Shown here: one piece after another, positions 42,682 through 50,050 of the stretch
Numbering within the stretch: the stretch's first letter is position 1
How the letters are laid out: each line of letters starts with the position of its first letter
Source: Verrucomicrobiota bacterium
Lineage (GTDB): Bacteria > Verrucomicrobiota > Verrucomicrobiia > Limisphaerales > AAA164-E04
Direction of reading: 5' to 3'
Assembly: GCA_047947115.1 (NCBI GenBank)
Contig: CP170459.1
Span: 1,312,001-1,376,000 of the forward strand
Length of the DNA: 64,000 nucleotides
The notes under the pieces: generated by a model
The model's database searches: none
Told to the model about the DNA's origin: nothing
What the model saw: the letters and a program-made list of their open reading frames with translations, nothing else
Made by a program: the position numbers and the translations under genes

Positions 42682-43370
42682 GCATTCGAATTCTACACTG
42701 CCCATTTAATTGAAATAATCCAAGCAGTTGGACAGGCGGCAAGGTAGATCTCCCGATAAATCGGGACTGATCCGCAACGAAAGGTAGATCGTAAAGTTTA
42801 TCCCGTCGACTGCAGGATCCCTGGTCCGCATTAGCTCATATGCATTCGACAAACCCGATCCTTAACGAATACCCAGTAGCATACAATGTGCATACCTTTT
42901 GTTTTTCTTTGTAATTACGACTGGAATTCCAAAGAAAAACAAAAACCTCTCATTACTCTCTGTGCCCTCCTTTTCTCTAGTGACCGCAGGGAACGGGTGG
43001 TGAACAAACCAAAACAATACTACAAACTACCAGCCCTGCGAGCAGCAAGGTAGCCCGCAACGCCTCTGTCGCGCAGGTCATTCGGAAAAGTTTACACTAA
43101 TGGGGTCCAACAACGTTCTGCGCGATTAAACGGAAATAAACACACGCACCCCTTTTAATCAGACATTTTTGACTTTCTTAGATGATTTAACCAAAATCCT
43201 CGAAGAAAGTTAAAACCTCTCTCTCTGTGATCCTCCCAATCTCAAGTGAGGAATCGAACGGGTGGTGCAAATTAACCTTTGTGGACCTTGTGACTTTGTG
43301 TGGTAATAATTTGTTTCCTACGCTTGACTGAGACAGAACTTAGATAGTAATGTGGTCCGTCTACACGGTT

Positions 43371-43447
43371 GGTGGCCGTAGTTCAGTTGGTAGAGCCCCA
43401 GATTGTGGTTCTGGTTGTCGCGGGTTCGAGTCCCGTCGGTCACCCCA
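43371..43447 (+). tRNA. tRNA-His (GUG)
   Basis: G-1:C73 pair, acceptor GTGGCCG/CGGTCAC, anticodon arm CCAGA-TTGTGGT-TCTGG, T loop GGTTCGAG, encoded CCA; TTGACT upstream at 43324. Confidence 0.96.
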
Positions 43448-43527
43448 TCCTTTGCCTTTCCCTCATCACAGGAGGTACGGATGTCAGGCTCACCTATAAT
43501 CTAATAAAATTTGAAACAAATATTGTT

Positions 43528-43992
43528 ATGCTAATATCAAACATTCACAGCAACACAGATCCTTTCGTTAATTCAAGGGTCATTAAACGCTGCATAGCCT
43601 GGCTTGAGGAGAACTTACTGAATTTCACAAAGTCAAGAGTAAATTTGGATGGAGACAAACTTTTCGTTATGTATCAGGAGTATGTTACAATTGCAGAAGA
43701 TGATGGTAAATTTGAAAGTCATCAACAATATATAGATTTACAATGTGTGATTGAAGGTACCGAAAGAATTGATGTTATCGGCGATCGAGTCTTGAATCCC
43801 GCAACCCAGTGGAAAGATGATTTCCGATTTTACCTCACGCCGGAAGAGGGATACACTAGCATTTACTTGGGACCATTGGACTTTTGTGTGCTTTTTCCAG
43901 GAGAAGCACATAGACCTAAACTTAAAGTCGAACAACCGGTGTCAGTTAAAAAATATGTATTTAAAATCGATAAAGCTCTAATGGACGCCTAG
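43528..43992 (+). CDS. YhcH/YjgK/YiaL (DUF386) family protein
   Basis: FESHQQYIDLQ.VIEG.E, F.VLFPGEAHRP, VKK.VFKI. Confidence 0.87.
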   Translation: MLISNIHSNTDPFVNSRVIKRCIAWLEENLLNFTKSRVNLDGDKLFVMYQEYVTIAEDDGKFESHQQYIDLQCVIEGTERIDVIGDRVLNPATQWKDDFRFYLTPEEGYTSIYLGPLDFCVLFPGEAHRPKLKVEQPVSVKKYVFKIDKALMDA

Positions 43993-44034
43993 GTGCCCGT
44001 TTGAAAGGATACAATTTTTCACAAAAGATAGTTA

Positions 44035-45543
44035 GTTGATCCTTAAAAACTCACGATAGGTGCAATTTTATTGGGTTTTTTGCGGTTTTTGCTTCGCCAT
44101 TTCGACCGGGGAAAAGTATAGTTATTGAAGTTCCTGGTCGATTTGCATCTATGAAATTAAAGCTCAAGCCTTCCCAACAACGATCACTCCTTTTTCCCAC
44201 ACTCTCCGAACAGTGTGATCCGCGGCAACCACTCAAAAAATTGGCCGACGCCATTCCTTGGGATAAGTTCGAAGACGCTTTTTCGGATTACTACAGCGAG
44301 GTAGGGCGGCCCGCCAAACCCATCCGTTTGATGGTGGGCTTGCTGCTATTGAAACAAATTTAAAATTTGAATGATGAGGTCGTCGTTGAAAGATGGATCC
44401 AGAATCCCTACTACCAGTATTTTTGCGGGATGACGGAATTTGAGTGGGACTTTCCCTGCAATCCATCCGACCTGGTTCATTTTCGAAATCGGATCGGTGA
44501 AGAAGGTGTGCATCTGATCTTTGCAATTACCACTGACCTTCATCGCAATCGAATTGAAAAGGAGAGTGAGATCATTGTGGATACCACGGTTCAGGAAAAG
44601 AACATAACTTTTCCAACGGATAGCAAACTACATTCACGGATTATCGGTCGATGCTGGCGCCTGGCCGACAAGTATGGAATCAAACTGCGACGGCGTTATC
44701 GCAAAGAGCTGCGAGAATGTTTGCTGAGCCAAAGATGGAGGTGTCATCCTGGAGAAGCCAAGCTTGCACGCAAGGCGCAAAAACGTATCAAGATAATCGC
44801 GGGTATCCTTCTGCGTGAACTGGATAGAAAACTGCCCAAAAAAAATTCTTAAAGCTCACCTTGAAGATTTCAAACTTTACCTTCGAGTCTTGAATCAACA
44901 GAAGAACGACAAGAATAAGGTCTACTCTTTGCATGAACCGCAGGCCTACTGCATCGCCAAGGGCAAGGAAAACAAGAAGTATGAGTATGGCAGTAAAGCA
45001 TCGGTCGCCGTAACAGCAGATACAGGCATCATTGTCAGTGTTGTTGCTCATCCTGAAAACATATATGATGGCCATACTTTACCGGAAGTCTTCGAATTAG
45101 CGGAAGCAGTCATGGGAGAACGACCGAAGAAGGCCATTGTGGATCGTGGCTATCGAGGCGAAAAACATATTGATGGAACGGACATACTTTCACCCGAGAA
45201 CGGGAAAGCTGAACAAACCAAATCAGAGAAGGCAAAGATGCGACAACGGTTTCGAAAACGAAGCGGAATCGAAGCAATCATAAGCCATCTCAAACATGAT
45301 TTCCGATTATTGAGATGTTACTTGAAAGGCAGTCTGGGAGATACAATGAATTTGTTGCTGGCTGCCTGTGCCTGGAATCTGAAGAAATGGATGGGGGCCG
45401 TTTCTTTTCGTCAAATATACCTAATTTGTAACCAGATTAAGGCACTCATGTCATCCCTCAGGGGACTTTTTTCAAATCTGACACGTTACAAAAGGTTCGT
45501 TGGATTCCGATAGGAATTCTTAATCCCTTTTTTAAGGATCAAC
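44035..45543 (+). mobile_element. IS5-family element with disrupted transposase
   Basis: TIR GTTGATCCTTAAAAA/TTTTTAAGGATCAAC; 6-bp TSD TAGTTA; transposase 44151-45513 split by TAA 44361 and a frameshift in an A run near 44840. Confidence 0.88.
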
Positions 45544-45569
45544 TAGTTAATTGACTCACAAAACAACAA

Positions 45570-46450
45570 GAACGGTTCATTACCTGTAATTAGATTCCCA
45601 AGACGCCGGCTCATCCGTTTTATTACCGACTCAATCAGGTTTTTGCTGAGTGTGGTTTTGATGTCTATGTTGAAGGGTTGTGCGCCATGTTTTGCAAGAA
45701 TTTTGGCAGTTCAGGCATTGCCCCGGAATTTATTTACGAATGATTTTTATTTGATATTCTTAAGATCTTAAAGGTCAGAAAAATATCGCATGGCAATTTT
45801 ATGACAGCCTTTGCTTGCGTGAATTTTTCTATAAGTTCCAAAGAAAGAACTCTTGCGTACAACGATTATTCGTCAACCCTTTTCTGATGATGTTTTTCAC
45901 AAAGTTTCCTTTTGGTGCTCGAACAATTCAAAGAAAAAAGTAATTGAAGGGCAAAACGTTATGAGATTGAGATCAAAAGCCTGGATCCCAACTCAGCCAT
46001 GGGCAGCTTAGCATCGTACACAAGGGCGCGGGTGAAGATCGGAAAAATTCCTGCCTTAACTTGCCAATAAATAAAATACCGAGAATCGAAGGTGTGCAGG
46101 CATTCAAGCGCATCGAAATAGGTAGAAGCATAGATTCTTAGAGAGAAGCTCATATAGGCTATCAAAACGGAATCACTAACGAACAGGCATTCCCCATCAG
46201 GCGTTGAAGAGTTGGAAGTCATAAAGGTATACGGCTGAGTCCAAAACAAAGCAAACTTGTGGAGCGAATATTTGCTAATAGGTTTAGAGTAGGAAAAGGA
46301 CGTCGAACTTGGCTCCTAAGATATAAAAAACCACCAAGATTCACACACTGAAATGCGCAGCATTCAATGTCGGGTTGCTTTTGAGGAAAATCTTTTGATT
46401 CGCGAGGGCAAAAAATTTGGAATCGAGATTCGACACAGCTTTGACATCTG
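45570..46450 (+). pseudogene. Decayed IS1182-like (DUF772) transposase remnant
   Basis: Fragments translate to AHPFYYRLNQVFAECGFDVYVEGLC, IAWQFYDSLCLREF and CAAFNVGLLLRKIF; boundaries approximate. Confidence 0.55.
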
Positions 46451-46504
46451 TTTTATCATGGTTTTGGCGAAATGATGCCTCAGGGAGACTTAAAGTTGAC
46501 TTCA

Positions 46505-46550
46505 ATCGGATTTGAACCATCGGATTTGAACCATCGGATTTGAACCATCG
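46505..46550. repeat. Tandem repeat ATCGGATTTGAACC x3
   Basis: Three exact 14-bp copies plus a partial ATCG. Confidence 0.9.
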
Positions 46551-46661
46551 ATCTGTGATGCATCGGGAAATCCATGCGTAGCGATATTTGAATCACTCGG
46601 ATTTTCACATTTTGCACTAATTAAACGGGGTAGTAAGGATAATTCTTATCTGTTAATCAAA

Positions 46662-47738
46662 ATGGAACAATTGTATGTAATTAAAACTGACTGGCACGAT
46701 CAAGTTGTTCAGAGGGCGTTTGAGAAAATTGGATACTCCCCTGCTGAAGTTCATCAGGTTGTTAGAAATTGTCGCGCTGCTCTTGAGAATGGAGTGCGCA
46801 CACATAATGCGATCAAAGCAATTCATTTAGAAGCCTTGTTTGGTGTTCGGCAAGGAGGAACAACTTGTGGTGCAAACATACTAAAACAAAAGCGAAAATT
46901 TAGTGCTGTGAAATTTTGGGACGCACAAAAAAAGATTGGTCCTGCCGTCGCATATGAAGCCGTCGATGAATGTGCAGCCATGGCGGAGGACTATGGGGTG
47001 GGTGTTGTGGCCGTCGATAATGCGTGGCATTATTTTTGGGGAGGAGGTTATGTCCTAGAACTAGCGCAACGCGGATTTATTGGATTCACTATCTGTACCG
47101 CTTTACTCGCCGAAGTTGTGCCTTATGGAGGCTCCAAGCCAGTTTTAGGTACTAATCCGCATTCTTGGGGACTGCCAACGCAAGAAGTATGCGGATTTCC
47201 TGTTTTAGTTGATTGGGCTACTTCGGTAATAAGTATGGGAAAAGCACAACAACTTGCCCGTGAGGGAAAATCATTACCTTATCAATGTGCCGTCAATCAG
47301 AAGGGTAATGTGACAAATGACCCAAAACAAATCGCAGGACTTTTGCCTTTCGGGTTACACAAAGGTTATGGGCTAAGTCTGATCAACGAATTGATCGCTG
47401 GAATTATAGGTGGATGGAAGCCCACCGAAAGGGGAAGATTCGCGGAAGGATATAAAAAATCAAGTACTACCTTCCTCTTCCTCGCCCTTCATCCCGAGGC
47501 TATTGAGGGTAATTTTGTGAGTTCTGACAGAAAAGAAAACTTAAAATCGATTGTGAATGACATCCTTTGTAAAGAGAATCAAGGGGCCATTTTACCGGGG
47601 CAATTAGAATATGAAGCTCGTTGCAGATGTCAACAGGCTGGAGGCCTACTATTAACTGAAGCTGAATTTAATTCCTTCAATGAAATTGCTAAAAAAAACC
47701 AATTGGACACACACTCGCCAGTCCGATACAGATCTTGA
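46662..47738 (+). CDS. Ldh_2 family (malate/L-lactate/sulfolactate-type) oxidoreductase
   Basis: V.PYGG..P.LGTNP, LVDWATS, HKGYGLSL..E, LPGQ.E. Confidence 0.85.
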   Translation: MEQLYVIKTDWHDQVVQRAFEKIGYSPAEVHQVVRNCRAALENGVRTHNAIKAIHLEALFGVRQGGTTCGANILKQKRKFSAVKFWDAQKKIGPAVAYEAVDECAAMAEDYGVGVVAVDNAWHYFWGGGYVLELAQRGFIGFTICTALLAEVVPYGGSKPVLGTNPHSWGLPTQEVCGFPVLVDWATSVISMGKAQQLAREGKSLPYQCAVNQKGNVTNDPKQIAGLLPFGLHKGYGLSLINELIAGIIGGWKPTERGRFAEGYKKSSTTFLFLALHPEAIEGNFVSSDRKENLKSIVNDILCKENQGAILPGQLEYEARCRCQQAGGLLLTEAEFNSFNEIAKKNQLDTHSPVRYRS

Positions 47739-47751
47739 ACTCCATATATTT

Positions 47752-48540
47752 ATGAAAAAATCGAATTTAATAAGCGTTAGGCAAAGAATTAAAGCTGGAA
47801 AACAAGTCATAGGAACCTGGCTCAATTCTGCAAGTAGTGTGATGGCAGAATTATTGGCTGAATGCGGTTACGATTTTGTTTGCATCGATGCAGAGCATTC
47901 ACCAATCGATTTGACTAATGCGCAAAGACTATTCACATCTATCACATCAGGAAATCCAGACTGTGAAGCATTTGTACGTTTGCCTGGAATAGATTACTCA
48001 TATACGAAACGTTATTTAGACGCCGGAGCGACTGGATTAATAGGCCCACTTGTAAATTCCCCTGAAGACGCCGCATTGCTAGTCAAAACAGCCAAATACC
48101 CACCCTTGGGTGATCGGGGGGTCGGTTTTTGTAGAGCTAATCAATACGGAAAAAATGTAGCAAAAGAATTCCAAAGGGCGAATGATGAAATTCTAGTTGC
48201 CGTCCAAATTGAACATATTGATGGGGCACAAAGAATTAATGAAATCCTTGCTGTTGAGGGAATTGATGCTGTATTCATAGGTCCATATGATCTATCGGCT
48301 TCAATGGGATTGACCGGGCAATTTGAAAATTCGGACTATGTATCCGTTCGTGACAGCATACTTGAAGCCTGCCGGCGACACGATGTCGCCGCCGGGATTC
48401 ACGTCGTACCAACCAATTTAAATGAATTGGAAATGAGGCTCAAGGAGGGCTATAAAATGATCGCTTATAGTTTGGATATTGAAATGGTCCGTAGACTCGG
48501 AAATGAAGGAGTTTCTCGTTTCCAGGAAATCACTCGTTAG
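47752..48540 (+). CDS. HpcH/HpaI class II pyruvate aldolase
   Basis: GYDFVCIDAEHS, KYPPLG.RG, VQIEH, FIGPYDLSASMG. Confidence 0.9.
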   Translation: MKKSNLISVRQRIKAGKQVIGTWLNSASSVMAELLAECGYDFVCIDAEHSPIDLTNAQRLFTSITSGNPDCEAFVRLPGIDYSYTKRYLDAGATGLIGPLVNSPEDAALLVKTAKYPPLGDRGVGFCRANQYGKNVAKEFQRANDEILVAVQIEHIDGAQRINEILAVEGIDAVFIGPYDLSASMGLTGQFENSDYVSVRDSILEACRRHDVAAGIHVVPTNLNELEMRLKEGYKMIAYSLDIEMVRRLGNEGVSRFQEITR

Positions 48541-48569
48541 GTTGACTGAATACGTACGGTAGGAGAAGA

Positions 48570-49271
48570 ATGAAGAAGAAAACAGAAATATGCGCACTAT
48601 TGCCTTTGAAAGCTCACAGTGCTAGAGTACAAGGAAAGAATTTTAAAAGCTTTGCCAACAAGCCGTTGTTTCGGTGGATCCTGGATACGTTGTTGAGTAT
48701 TGATGATATTTCCAAAATTGTGATCAATACGGATGCACGCGATCTTCTCAAGAAAAACGGTTTTGAGGAAAGTGGAAAAGTTGTAATCAGAGATCGGCCA
48801 AAAGAGCTCTGTGGTGACATGGTTAGCATGAATCGAGTGATCAAGAACGATGTGGAAAATGTGCCTAGTGAATGTTACCTCATGACCCATACGACTAATC
48901 CACTGCTGACTGCGACAACGATTAAAAAAGCTCTTGCAACGTATTTTGATGGGATCGAAAGCAATTCAGGCGACAGTCTTTTTTCGGTGAATAAATACCA
49001 GACACGTTTTTATAAAAAGGACGGATCGCCGATCAATCATGATCCTGAAAACCTGATACGGACACAGGATTTGGAACCTTATTATGAAGAAAACTCAAAT
49101 CTCTATATTTTTAATGATGAGAGTTTTAATGCAACTGGGGCCCGAATAGGTAATAGACCAATTTTATTTGAAACACCTACTTTGGAATCTTTTGACATCG
49201 ATGATCAGGAGGGTTGGAATTTGGCAGAGATTATCGCTCTTTATCGCCAAATGGCGAATGTAGGAATATGA
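48570..49271 (+). CDS. Acylneuraminate cytidylyltransferase family protein
   Basis: PLKAHSARVQGKN....KPL, THTTNPL, RTQDL, EENSNLYIF, DIDD. Confidence 0.88.
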   Translation: MKKKTEICALLPLKAHSARVQGKNFKSFANKPLFRWILDTLLSIDDISKIVINTDARDLLKKNGFEESGKVVIRDRPKELCGDMVSMNRVIKNDVENVPSECYLMTHTTNPLLTATTIKKALATYFDGIESNSGDSLFSVNKYQTRFYKKDGSPINHDPENLIRTQDLEPYYEENSNLYIFNDESFNATGARIGNRPILFETPTLESFDIDDQEGWNLAEIIALYRQMANVGI

Positions 49272-49306
49272 CACTTCACGTGAGTTGGATCCTCAAGTAT
49301 TATACA

Positions 49307-49893
49307 GAACTTATCTCATAAATACCGCATTAGCATTATTGAACAGGCTAGGTTGATGAATCCGATGTAATTTACAGCAACGTATTCGTAACGTACAACT
49401 AGTCGCCTGAAGTTAAAGAGCCAAGCAAACAGACGTTCGTTTTTCCATCTTTGTTTGTATCTTCTCAGTTTACAACCGTCCTAAGTTTGATTTGACTTTT
49501 TCCGTCCTCGACGATTTGGCGCAATTATTTCAGTTACGAATATTTCCTCCTTTCCAAAGTCCAAAGAATCACTATCGTAAGCTTTATCCCCGATCAGTTT
49601 TTCAGGTGTATCCTCTACAACTCGATGCTCTATGGTATACTGTAACATCGTTACCTCAGCTGGCGAAGAACTGGCCGCACAGATGGCGACTGGAAGACCA
49701 GAGCCGTATGCTATTACCATGATCTTGCAGCCCTTGCCTCGGTTTCTTTTGCCACCGCTGTATCCCCTTTTTTGGTCGGCATGAAAGTGTTATCTATAAA
49801 ACATACACTGAGATCCAAAACGCCTCGTTCCTGAAGATCTTTGGCGATTGCCAAAAGGAGGATTTCGAGTACTCCATCCTGAACCCAGTTTTT
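49307..49893 (-). pseudogene. Decayed copy of the IS5 (IS427-group) element at 58761-59600
   Basis: Shares [32 protein letters not shown] and NWVQDGVLE; right end GAACTTATCTCATAAAT. Confidence 0.8.
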
Positions 49894-50050
49894 CAGGGGA
49901 TGGCCAACTTGATTGGCAAGGAAGTCGGTGATTATTGCAAATTGTGGATGCACGCCTTCTTCACCAATCCGATTTCAAAATGAACTAGGTCGTATGGATT
50001 GCATGGTAATTACCAATCAAATTCTATTATACCACAAAACTAATATTAAT

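Larger units (their letters stand above)
29655..43310 (+). repeat. Array of 13 modular structured intergenic spacers separating single-gene or gene-pair cassettes
   Basis: Spacers at about 29655-30124, 30644-31237, 32210-32604, 33895-34595, 34914-35386, 36320-36856, 37109-37334, 37984-38623, 39342-39918, 40147-40505, 40797-41154, 41608-42229 and 42682-43310. They share inverted arms, hairpins A and B, a CTTTTAAGTG box and GGTAG hairpins. Confidence 0.9.

Noticed and set aside
29655..43310. CRISPR array
   Set aside because: The units are long mosaics separated by whole genes. There is no constant 25-45 bp repeat with unique spacers, and no cas genes.
29655..43310. Classical integron with attC sites
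   Set aside because: There is no intI in the window and I could not find RYYYAAC/GTTRRRY cores with the expected extrahelical bases. Kept only as an analogy; a covariance search is still needed.
43371..43447. tRNA-His as attachment site of an integrated island
   Set aside because: No integrase and no duplicated tRNA 3' end seen in the window; one could lie outside it.
43369..43527. N-terminal extension of the 43369-43992 ORF
   Set aside because: It overlaps tRNA-His; the real start is probably ATG 43528.
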